NCBI RefSeq assembly: GCF_009914755.1
Contig: NC_060936.1
Source: the human T2T-CHM13v2.0 reference genome, Homo sapiens
DNA length: 64,000 bases
Reading direction: 5' to 3' (one strand)
The translations under genes and the position numbers were made by a program. The notes under the pieces are model-generated. The model was not told the DNA's origin. It made no database searches and worked only from the letters and a program-made list of their open reading frames with translations. Shown piece by piece: positions 26,511-40,335 of this stretch (position 1 is the first letter of the stretch; each line of letters opens with the position of its first letter).

Positions 26511-28582
26511 ACTGAAGAATCCTCTATAGAAGTTGTTTTGACATCTTCTAAAAGTAATTCTAGAAGGCTCATCTGTGAATAACAGTCATTACATGATTTT
26601 TAAAAATTTATATAAACAACGTATTGCTTTGTTTCAAGCAAAATGTAATGTCTCTTGCTTGGAACAGATAAACAACGTGTCTCTTTCCCAAGGAAAACAT
26701 TCTCATCTCTCCTTACCCAGTAGAAGATAACTCATTTATGACAAGTTATATTTTATTAACTATCTATTCTAAGTGGATCTTGTTTTTTAAAGCAGGACTC
26801 AAACATATTTTGAAAAAATATTTTTTAAAAAATCTTATTTCTTTTTGTCTTATTAAATTCTCAATGTCTTATTTTATGTGCTCAATTCTAAAAAAATATA
26901 TAGTTATACAAATGTTCAAAAGTTCACCTTAACAATAGCTAGAAAGCATATTACTGCAGTTAAAAAAATCCTTATACAGACACATTCTCTTAGATTGTGT
27001 TGTATTAGTAAGCATAAGTTTGCAAAGATTGAAACAGTGAAAATGATATTACAAACTATGATAACTAGGGTTCAATTAATATTAAGATTTAGTTATTATA
27101 ATGCAAACATTAATCAGGTGTACATTTGTTAAGAGCCTATTAGGGGCCAGCTACTTAAAATTCAATAAGATAGAAGACGTTTCTAATGTGGTCCATCCTA
27201 TAGAATTGATATCTTCTTCACTTATTTTGTTGTAACTCCATAAATTATAGTCCTGGATAGAACAGATCAGAATTCTAGTTCAGTGTAACTTAATGAATGC
27301 TAATAGAAAAAGATAAGCAAAATCAAAACAAACACAAATTACCTAGAGGTTCTCTTAAAATGGGACCAGAATCATCATTTTTTAGAGAAACGACAGTGCT
27401 ATTTGCATGAAAACTGGCACTAAAAATTCCATCATTTGACCCAAAATTCTTGCCTTGCCCTGTATTCATGTAGGGTTGACCTGAATATTGAGCTCCCACT
27501 GACTTAAAGTGAAACTTTGATCCTCAGAAGAGTTGCATAGAGAAGTATAGAAAACACAAATCTGTACCTATTTAAAGACATTCCTGTTGCTGTCACAATG
27601 CTTCTTAAAACATACTTCACAACAGTATTTTTTTTCTTATGTTATTTGAAGTGCTACTGGAAATACCACAAGAGAAGAATTTTTGTAGTATTTCATCCTT
27701 TCTATTTCTGGTCTCAATTTATTTTTCTCCTATTTATGAAATATCTACACTGCCAAAGTCATCAAAATTGTAAAGCAAATCATAACAGTTCAAATTATAT
27801 AATAAAGTAAAAAAAAATAAGATTCCTTGGTTCTTTAAAGGTCCAATTTAAATGAAAGTCTCCCACAGAATACCAATGCTGGCAACTGGCCTTGCAAAGC
27901 ACTACAACAGAGCTTTAAGAAAATATAATTTGCGGTTTCGTGAAAATGTGAGGTTATTAGACTTTCTTGGTATTGGTAAAAAATTTGAAAGAAAATACAT
28001 TTTTATCTATTTGAGTATACATTTTTTCTTTCATATTATTCTGATAAGACCCGAAAAAGGAAAATTCTTTTAATTTTCTATAAATTTAGATGTCTGATCC
28101 TCATCTTTTTAAAAACCAAAATGATAAAACATATTTCTTAAACTGTTGGGTTCTGAAAAAGTCACCCAATGGAATCAGCTAGTTCACATTTGAAAATGCA
28201 ACTGCTAAAAGCTGTGGGATATTGCAATTTAAGTCCTGCAGCTCACAAGGCAAAGTGTGTAATTCTAAGAAGCATCAAAAGATACTATCTACAAGGAGAT
28301 TCAGGACTAGAAAAGGAGCATGTTCTTCCCATTACAACCTGGTATATGACTTGGGTTTCGACAAATTCCTACCTATTCTTGATATTTAGAAACTTTTATT
28401 TTTCAAGCAGCAGTCTGATAATCAGTTTCTTAGCAATATTCAATAATTCTGAACCATTGAGAGTGCATGTTTCAAATTTAATATTGATAAGCTGAAGATT
28501 TCAATGAGCAAAATTCTTATTTCAGTATAGACAAAATTTCAAATATATATTCAATTTAAATAAGAGATATAAAATTACTCTG

Positions 28583-28938
<356 letters not shown>

Positions 28939-30393
28939 TCATGTTTCCTATATTCTCCAACTTTACAATACATAAGACAAGGAATATGTGCCTACGAATT
29001 CCCCTGATCATATTACACAGACTCTAAACAATTCAGGTAATGTAAATTATACCACTGCATCTGTTGAAGACCTTTTCTCCCACATTTAATACTAATCAAG
29101 TCATACAATTTCTGGTCTTTGTTTTAAAAACCATAATTAAGAATGACTGGGTTCTTCAGCTGAGTGTTAGCAGTAATGAGAAACCATATGAATAATGATG
29201 GAGAACCTCATTTTCTTATAATATTTTGGATAGGCTCTGGATTAAAATAATCTCTATTGCTCCTTACACTAGCTTTGTGCAGTTAATGCCACTACCATAT
29301 TGTATGTACATTAGTGAATGTGAAAACAGGTAAAACTGAAAAGAATCTCATTTTATGAAATATAATGCAATAAAACTGATGTATTAGATCTTTGTATATA
29401 AACTCATCAATCTCACTAATATAAATTGAATATTAAGTGCTTTAAGAAAGTACATGTTTAAATAAATGATATAATTTTTTTTACCAAGAAAATAACATTA
29501 TTTAAATAAATTTTATAAAAGTTTTACAGAAGTTTTTGGTGTTTTTCTTTGTTAAGCAGGTGGCGTTGCATGTTTATATGACAGGAGGTGTGACCTTTAA
29601 AAAGCATATACTAACTGGAAAGAGGTAGAGAAGAAGGAAGAGAAAAAAGGAGAGAGAGAGAGAGGGAAGTGGGATTTAAACATATATGAAAGCAAAAACC
29701 ACACTAATCAGAAATTTGGGTGTTTTTTCTTATGTGACTTGTTTATCTACTTAAAAGGCATTAAGTAAAACAAGAGCTCCAAAACTCTTATGAGCACTAG
29801 TATGTAGCAATTATAGTTTTTTAAGCTGACTATTTTAAAATGAATACTCATGTAATAGTGTTAGTGTCAAAATATCATCTAAAAAGTTGACTTTGTAACT
29901 TGCTTCACATAGGTGGTGACAGGTACTATCAACTGTATGTGTTTTCCTATATTGCCAGCGAAAACCTGCTGATGAAATGAATCTGGAAAAAAAAAAACAA
30001 AACAGGAAGTATTCTGCGTTGAATCTACACTCCTGGTCCGTACTTGCTGCCCTTCTTCAACTATATCTATTGTCTCTATCTACATTCTTCTTCATATCCC
30101 TCACTTTATACACTGTGCTACGTGAGCACACATATCTATCTACACTGTTGACCACTATCCTCAGGTCCTAGGACTCCAACACATCACAGGCAATTAACAA
30201 ATATTTGTGGAATTACGTCTCTCCAACAGCAACATCCAGGATATGTCACTGGGGCTCAAATTCCAGTATGTTTCTAAGGGAGTGCTGTAGAAGCCCTTAA
30301 AATATTAATTAATTAATTAATTGGCACAGGAGATAAAAAAATTCCTTTGCTACAAAGACATAATACCTAAGAGAGGAAGACAATGAGTACATA

Positions 30394-30487
30394 ATAACAA
30401 TAGCTAGATAAGTAGTGTGACAGATAGAAAATATATCATTTATCTTTAAAAATGAATATATTTAGAATATAATTCAAAGTCCTGAAC
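30394..30487 (+). repeat. 94-bp dispersed direct repeat, copy 1
   Basis: Matches 32592-32685 at 93 of 94 positions. Confidence 0.96.
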
Positions 30488-30960
30488 ATGAAAAAATCCT
30501 ATAGGATCTGGTCTTTCTCATTTCCCAACCTGACTCTTTATCATTCTCCTTCATGTTCACTGCACTTTAGCTACCCCAGCCTTTTCTCTGAACCTTGAAT
30601 TCACTAATCTCATTCACATATTAGAGTCTTTGCAATTACTTTCCCTCCTGTTTAGAATAACCTTTCCTTAGACCTTTACAGGTGTCCTCCTTTTCACGAT
30701 TTCAGAGAGGGCTTCCCTTAAAGCTCTCTCCCAAGAAGATTCCCTTTCTTGTCCCCAGCACACTATCTTTGACCATGTTTTATTTTCTTCATATCACTTA
30801 GCATGCACAAAATTACCCATTTGTTTAATTGCCCATAGTTCGCTTCTCCCCATTACACTGTGAAATTGTAAGAGTACTACTGTTTTGTTTACAGCTGTAG
30901 TTCTACTGGCTTGAATTAAATTTGATATATGATAGAAATAATATTTGTTGAATCAGTGAA
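30460..30960. mobile_element. L2 3' fragment
   Basis: ttagaatataattcaaagtcctgaacatg...ggatctgg...ttcactgcactttagctac...aataatatttgttgaatcagtgaat. Confidence 0.65.
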
Positions 30961-31126
30961 TGGTAGATGTAAACATAGGGTGCTATAGAACACTAAAAAG
31001 GGACCATCCTTTTAAGAATGAAAAAAGAGCAGAGCTAGGAAATACAAATCAACTCTGTAAGATATTGTTTGGGATCCTGATTAAACCACACATGAAATCT
31101 GAAGAACTTCTTAAAAAAAAATTGTG

Positions 31127-31500
<374 letters not shown>

Positions 31501-31589
31501 TCAGTGAAACCACAAGAAAAAGTCCTGGAAAGATGCTTTCAGTTCTCTTTAAATAAGAACATTGTGATATTAAGGCTTATTCTGAAATA

Positions 31590-31726
31590 CTACCTGTTGG
31601 GTACAATGCAAGCTATTCCAGTTATGAGCACACTAAAAGCCTAGGCCTCACCACTAAGCAATATATCCTTGTAACACAACTGTACTTGTACTCCTAAATC
31701 CATAACAATGAAGAAAATAACAAAAA
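31590..31726 (+). mobile_element. Short 5'-truncated L1 3' end (L1PB/L1MA-like) with TSD
   Basis: tacctgttgggtacaatg...cactaaaagcc...caccacta..caatatatcc.tgtaaca..actgtacttgtac; flanks aaggcttattctgaa / aagacttattctgaa. Confidence 0.85.
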
Positions 31727-32591
31727 AGACTTATTCTGAATAAGACAATGCTGTCTCATTAACTGGTGGACTCCTTGATATTGCGAGACTCTAGGCAGAA
31801 GCAAAGTTACCTTGAGACTGGGTTATTGTGTCTTGGACTGAATACCTTCTGGGCTTCCAACTTAAGCTTACATACCTCTATAAATAAAATGTCTTATACA
31901 TTTTATCAAACAAATACAACTTTTGAGTACTTCGGGTTTTTAAGTACTCTTCAGTTTAGAATATTACATGTCTATTTTCCAACCCTCATGTCTACCTCTG
32001 TGTAGTCAGTATATCGTTCTCTTTCTGCTCTCCATTTCGTAATGTTTAAAAATACTATTAGTATTCTTTATTTTCTCTAGTGGAAAATCTAGATAAAATC
32101 TATTGAATAATTTTGCATATATACTATTTTCCATCAACCTAAATAAGACATCAGTAATTGTTGTCATTTTACAAACAAATTTATACTTTGAGGCATCTCT
32201 GTAAGAGAGACCGCTAAAATTCTTCTTTTATGAATAAGTAAGAATGTGTAAGCAACATATATTTAATACAGAGAGGGAACCAACTCTGACATTAAGAATA
32301 GTCCTCCTTAGTTTCACGTATCAAGTCTCAAACCAAACAGTTCCAGTACAGGTGACGGCTAAAGTGATAAAAAGGAGTTGATTATTGACAGCTCCAAAGG
32401 AGGCAATGATCAATAGTTTAGCATAAAAAATAAAAGATTTCAACTGTTTTAAAGTATGCTTTAGGAAGTCAAAATTATAAATGATTCCCCCCAAAAAAGA
32501 GTAACTACAGAAACGTACTTTTGCTTTCTCAGTCTCTGACACAATAATGACTTAGCATTTTTAGCTATGATGTTCATTGAGGTTTTATCAG

Positions 32592-32685
32592 ATAACAATA
32601 GCTAGATAAGTAGTGTGACAGGTAGAAAATATATCATTTATCTTTAAAAATGAATATATTTAGAATATAATTCAAAGTCCTGAAC
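32592..32685 (+). repeat. 94-bp dispersed direct repeat, copy 2
   Basis: Matches 30394-30487 at 93 of 94 positions. Confidence 0.96.
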
Positions 32686-34118
32686 TATACCCAGACATCC
32701 TTTCTTATTGTCCTGTTTTTATTTCCCTAAACGACTTAGGTTTTAACTACCTGCTGTTTTTGATTACAATGTTTCAAACACACAGATTTTTAGATGGTGA
32801 AATCTACTTTGGGTTGCACCTACTTTACAGTCCAAGTTTCCCTTAAAAAATCTGATTCTGTGGATCTTCCTGAGTCTGCACATGCTCCACATCCTCTTCT
32901 TTCCCCATGGTTTGCATTATTAAAAAGCTTTGACATGGCTCACCATGCTGTGTGCATGAGACATGTTTCTGTCAAAACAAAATCAGTATACTGGGATACA
33001 CAGCCCAGGCTGGTAAAATTCAAAGGACATTACCTAAATCATTCTGCATATTTTGCTTTTTTCATTTAACGCTGAGATTACAACTAGCCTCTTTTATAAT
33101 TTTTATTGTTTTTATGGTAAAAATGTGACCAACCCTCAACTTTCTGCATCATAAGAATATTTCACCTAATGATCTATTTGGACATTTAATACCACAGAGC
33201 CCAGAAAAGCCTCTGTTTAAGTACCTAGCTGTTTGAGATTTCCATCAACTGAATAAAGATGAAAAGGAGAGGAGGAGGCTCATCACAGGGGTTCTGTTGA
33301 TAACATTTCATTTAACTTATTTCCATGTAGCAACACAGAACCACAAAAAGAAAACTATTTTATTTAAAATGACAGGGCAACTATGTTATATCCACTGTAA
33401 ATATGTCCCACCCAGGAAGTGATGATAATGATAATGGGCTGCATTTGCAGTTTAACTCTATGGGGTGATTCTTCTTAGATGAATTCACCTCTTGAGTATA
33501 TGACACATCCATATTACATCTCAAAGGCTAACAAAATAGTTATTTCACAGATACTGAAATAAAGGAGAGAAAGAGGTTTTCAATAGCTATTTAACAAAGA
33601 ATACAGAATAATTTATTAAGGAGATTCTAGCATTTAAGTGATATGCCAGATACTGTTAAGATTAGAAAATGGTCAATTTAAATGCGGTTATAATTAGCTG
33701 AGGCTAATACCCCTTTCTGTCCTGAACTTGTGGGAGAAATGGAATCTACAAAAGTACCAGGCCCAACAGTTTCAGGATGGATCAGTGATTTGATGCTGAT
33801 ATGTAGAGATAAATGGCGGCTCCTCTTTTATTAATACTATTTCAGCACTGTGAATTACTTAGAAATACTACATTCACAGACCAGTTTTAGCCCTGTGTAG
33901 TAAGCCATGATTTGAGATTTTGACCTGAAAAGCTCTCAGAGTAAGTCAAATAGTAGTATTCTAAAACTTTAACATATTGGAAATAACACCTCTAGAAACT
34001 ACCACTCAAAATTTCACATGGTCAGATGAAATGTGAAAACTATTAAATGAGGTTATGGTTATATTGAGCAGTGCTTTTTGAACTTTTCACCATGGAAATA
34101 TTGCTGTGGAGGCCTTAG

Positions 34119-34484
<366 letters not shown>

Positions 34485-36304
34485 ACTCTTGTGCTATATC
34501 TTTAACAGATGTTTTTTGTCACAATATTAAAAATAAAGTTTTATACTTTGTGTTAGTGGTAGGTAGACTTGGTTGTGATTATGCTGTATGTGCGGTTTGT
34601 ATTCTGCCTTTTTCCCCACTTGGCATTATAAAACATTGTCTCAAATTACCAAAAATGCTTTCATTTCCCAAATCTCCTGTGAGAACTAATTCTCAATCAA
34701 GATGAATTTTGATTATCCTCTGATTTCTCGTACTGCTAGCATATTGCTAAGTAATCTGGTGTGTATGTGTACCACAAATTGTGACTCATAGTATTAAACT
34801 ACAAAATTCTACCCTGCAGATTAGTGTGTATTGATATAACGTTTACTTGATAGCGTGAAACTATGTGATTGGTACCATTTCAGCAAAAAAATAGGTTCCC
34901 TAATAGGAGTCATCGGCACTGCTGATATTACTAACAGAAACACATGGTACCACATCGGGCAAAATCTTTACTATGCCTTTGAAAGAGGCTCAGATAACAA
35001 TAAAGTTCCAGTTTTTGCTTCTGAATTTGAAGCAACATTATAAGGATAGTGCAGCTCAAAGAATCTGATTGTGTCTGGTCAGCTGGTTAGGGCCATTTCT
35101 GGCTTGTCGGAGAAATATTTCTTTTCCTTGTCATACTCCCAGGTGCTACTGCTGAGCAAATGGGAACATCACTGTCAGAAGTATTCGAAAAGAACAAAAA
35201 ATTGATTCGGACAATCTGTGTGCTCTTGCCATTGATAGAAACACAACTGTGACTTGGGGTATGACCAGGGTCACGGCAAGGTTAAAAGAAAAGCACCCAG
35301 GAATTCTCTCTTGTCATCAGCTTTTTAAACTGACTGTTCTTGGCTGCTGCAGGCAATATGTAAGTTTCCGTCAAACACCAAGGTAGGTTTAATAGTATTT
35401 ACAAGTTGCTCTTAGGATTTTCCCAAGAGGTAGCTACTTTTACAATGGCAGAACACTTACAATGTGAAGTTTGGATGTTTAGCACACCTATAACATTTGA
35501 GGACTTCTTGATAACACAGAACTATAAGCCTATTCATAACTAACAATTATACGAGCTGTGTGTGAAACTGAGTCTAAATACTCTTCCTCCTAAAATAACT
35601 CTTTTAAGCCTGATACTGATTCCATTAAATTTAAAAGAAATAATTTATTCTTAGAAAACAAATGTATCGAAAGATCAATTACTATAACAAAGCAAAGGTC
35701 ATCTAGTCTCTTAAAAGACTACATGAAAGTATGTGGAAATTCATTTGAATAAATATGTGGTGCAAAAATGAAAGTTGCTGAATACATTGCATATTGGTTC
35801 ATTCTGTGGCAGAAAGTTAAACTACAAGCAAATAATTAAAACATTTGTTAAGGCCATAAGCAGACTCAAAGCAACATTATTGTATATGTGATTCAAACGT
35901 CAATACTGCTTAACAATACCTCAATTAAATAATTTTCTTTAATGTGAGAAGGTAGAATTATTTTTATAATTTTCATTAAACAGGATCTCCTGTCATAAAA
36001 GTTCAAGGTTTTATACTTTCACTCAGACTTATTTGCCAACATTTAGCCATAAACATAGCTGTTAGGACACACAAGAGCTAGAATAATATCTGCGAAGAGC
36101 TAAACATATTCGCTTTTGTGGGTCAATGAAAAAAATAGTCCTGGAGTAAGATCCAAAAGGGAACAAATTAAATAATTGCTGAAGAGACAAGCGTATGAGT
36201 ATTTAGAAAAATTTTATTGTAACAGCTGAGAAATTTTTAAAATCTGTCAATGCTCTTAATTCTGTATCATCCAGTCTTTGGCAAGATAGACCATGGCGGG
36301 GGGG

Positions 36305-36308
<4 letters not shown>

Positions 36309-36354
<46 letters not shown>
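36309..36354. repeat. (AT)n microsatellite, about 23 units
   Basis: Directly visible, preceded by a G run. Confidence 0.96.
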
Positions 36355-36361
<7 letters not shown>

Positions 36362-39233
36362 CTTGGCTTGGGACTAAAAAAACCAAGGCATTGAGAAAAG
36401 AAAAAGTAACTCATGACAATATGTCAGGCATTAGTGCAAACAGTTCACAAACAGTAAGTTCAAGGACCTGTAACTCAACAAGCAACAATATGCATGTTCT
36501 TGAATGCAGATTTTGAACAGACCAGATTTCTTTTTGTGTTTTCACATTTACAGAACACAACTCCAGTGTGCCGTTTTCAGAGGTTCACTGTGAGTCCTCT
36601 AAAGGTTTCTTTATCATTTAATATTATAAATAATTATGCTCCTGGGCTGCAGTTCAAAGCTCAGTACAGCACTCGTATAACACCACAGGCAGGTCAGGTG
36701 ACCTTTCTCCAATTCTCCTCTCTCTGGTGCTGAGGACAGACAAAGTGATATGTCTGTCATACGCCATTACCATTAGAACAGAATCTTGTTCTTTTATTAC
36801 AACTGAACTCCGCCAGATTTCTCAGCAGGAATGCTAAGTGAAATCAATGTCTTGGATTTCCAGGCTGAGCTTGGAGGTCACAGCCACTCTATCATTTCTC
36901 AGCATTATCCTTTCTCTCTCGCGCACACACTCCCCAAGCCACCAACTGGCACACAGCAGATTGAAAACAGCATGCATCAGAGGACTCATGCTGTACAATT
37001 TTACAGTCTTTTGGAGCCCCCTCCTTTCGATTTCCCCCTTCCATTTTTTGCAAATTGCAAATAAGTTTTGTTTGTGTCCCTCTCTAGAGTTCTGAGTCAA
37101 AGGCAAAAGCATACCCAGGAAGAAAGGCAGGCAATACAACTCAGAGAACATGGTTAATTTTCCACAGCTATCAATAAGATCATTAATCTCACATCATCAC
37201 CTGGTTGTGACTTATGATTTCATTGTTCCAAACAGCAAATGTACTTTTAACTTAAACCATCAATTTGGTTTATGCCAGGTAGGTATGTAGACAACACAAA
37301 ACCCTTTAATAAAATAACTCTATTTTATGGTAACATAGACATGAACATTTGCCAATAAAACACACAGAAAATACCCCCAAGACATTCATAATCGATTGCT
37401 TAAAAACATAAATATGATAATAAATGATGGCTATTATACATGAATAAAATAGCTTTGTGAAGTCAAAATGTTTATTATGCTATGTATAAACGTCAATTCC
37501 AGGCTACAAGAAAGTAAATTCATGTATTGTAATGGGTCCTCTTTATTTATTATAGGTTGTATTTTTTTGGCCATGTTCTTCATTAAAATGACAACAGTAT
37601 TACTTATTGGTGTGGCTATTTTTAACCCACTACATTTTACTGCTGAGCTAAAACACAAACACACTGAAGAAATCTTTTCTGACAATAAGAGTGGTTGTGG
37701 ACAGTATGCTAGAGGGCACTGAGCAAAGAAAGGGCATATTTTTATTAAATCGTTGTTACTTGAAAAGAGGCACTTTATTCTTAGTTAAACCTTTGTGTAT
37801 TTTACAATAATTGTGGATGGAAAGAAGTACAACACCCACTATAAACCACATAAAGTTTTCTTAAACTTTATATGATAGAAAATTCATAAAGGCTCACTTT
37901 CAAAAAGTCATTGAATTTCAAAGAAGAACTATATTTTTAAATAATGTATAATCATGGCTATAGAAACACAATCTACTTTTTCACTTGTATTAAATAAACA
38001 GAGGTATATAACACCACAGGATGTGGCAGATTTCTGACACTACTGAAATACTCATTCTCTTTTGCACAAAGTCTATGAGGTTCTATGAATGTATAGAACT
38101 ATATAGTTCATAAAGCAATTTCTTAATCTTAGCAAAGCAAACCTTCAGTTACTTTAGCATTTTCCATGGTTACCTAAATAAAATCATTGTAGCGACTGCT
38201 CAATAAACATTTGAATGGATAAATGAGTGAATGGACAAATTAGTAGATGCATAAATGGATGAGGCTGACTGACATCAAAAGCTTCATGATGATTTGTATA
38301 AGTAATCTGGTGAGAAGGTATCAATGATAAAAAGTGAATGTAGGTGTAAGAAAAAAATCCGTCAGCCATTTAAAAGTGAGCTACATATCCTAAAATCATA
38401 AAGCAAAATGTCCTGACGTAAAGCCTCATTACGAAACATGATGTGAAATCACATCAATAAATCAAGGGAAAAAACAGAGAATAATACCTCACAGACACAC
38501 ATTGTCTGTGTGTGACAATGACTATGCTGCTACAGCTATTTATTTTATCCAAAGTACATTTTTCTTTACAGGTAATACATGAAAACTGCTGGTCCACAGA
38601 AACACTAAAATTATCACTACTTTAAAATTAAATGTATTTAAGAAATGTTAAAATTATTACCAGTTTTAAAAACTTACATGCTGTTGTGATTATAAAGAAA
38701 AGCAGACCAGGCCTTAGATATACATTAAGCACAGAAGATGCACAGTCCATTAAACAACTGAAATAGATCTTCAAAGTGGCATATGTATACTCCTACTGTC
38801 AATGTAGTGTGTACAATAATTTTCATTAAATATTTCTACATATTGCTGAAAAAGCATGGTCTAAGGTCCTTGTCCAGGTTAAGTTATATTCCCCAAAATA
38901 TTTGTCTTTTAATAATATGGAAAAGGACTGGGGAATTCTAGGAAGATGGAGGTTAGAGTGCCCTTTTCCAAATGATTGATTGATCCCTTCTCCTTACTGA
39001 TTTACTCTCTGGAGTATACAATAACTCTGAAAGACATCCTGACAGAGCCACCAGGGTACTAGAGAAAGATTTTTTGAGGATTCTTGGATTTTTCTCTTTT
39101 AATATTTTCTAATCCTTTTCTCTGTGTATTTCAATGATTGTGACTATTCTTACACTGTTTTGTTTTAGACATGTCAACATGGCATTCATGGGATGGAGAA
39201 CAGAAGCAATTTTCTACATAATTCAGCAAAATA

Positions 39234-39269
39234 AATATATATATAAAATATATATATATATATATATAT
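39234..39269. repeat. (AT)n microsatellite
   Basis: Directly visible. Confidence 0.9.
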
Positions 39270-39699
39270 TTTGCTGGTAAACTAACTGCGTCAGCTTTCT
39301 ACTTAACATTTCCTAATAGAATCAAATTATTTGTGGTTGTTTCCCTGAGTAATCTCAAGGAATACTGCTTTACGATCACTCTTCTTACTTCTTGCATGGA
39401 AAGCTTAATATATTTATACAATATCATTTAAGCAAGATCTTAATACAAATACAAATTTAAAATCAATTTTTCTCTCCTTCTAGGCCAAGAAACATACATT
39501 ATTTGACTTTTCCCTGATCCTTTTCCATGTGTTCTAATGTTTTCTTAGCTTAAAAACCAAAACCACTTCTAAATTGCCTTACTTCTAACACTACTATTAC
39601 CTTCATTTCCTTACATGATAATCTCATTGGGCGGGTGATTTATCTAAAATTATACCTACACTGTACCACATTATAACAGTCACTGATATTTTTAAAACA

Positions 39700-40145
39700 C
39701 CTTCTGTAGGTCCTAATTCTACTTGTATTTTAAGGTCTATTTCAGTTTTCCCTTCTCTGGCAAACTCCTGATGGGATCTCTCCCTGAAGATGATCTCTGC
39801 CTCCCAATATAACTTCCAATGTACTTTATCTGTAACTTTTTACAAAATTTATTTTGTATCATAGAGTATGGCTATTTGGCTATTTTTATAAATATCTACA
39901 TAATCAGACTGTAAGCTCCTTGGGTACAAGATACCCATCTGATAATCTTTTTTATCTCTCACATTTTCTACTATAGTTATCGATACACGCATATTGAATA
40001 AATGAATAAATGAATGATTCAATGTATGCAGATAAGTTGACATGCACACCTGTTGCCCTTACTTGATTCTTACCTCCTTGTACACCCAGAGTTTAAGCTA
40101 GCTGCTGGCATACAATAGACATTTAATAAATACCATTGAATGAAA
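39700..40145. mobile_element. L2 3' fragments
   Basis: cagactgtaagctccttgggtacaag, tgaataaatgaataaatgaatg, ctggcatacaatagacatttaataaatac. Confidence 0.6.
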
Positions 40146-40179
40146 AATAAAGCTAAGTGGCAAGACAGTGGCTTCTTCA

Positions 40180-40335
<156 letters not shown>

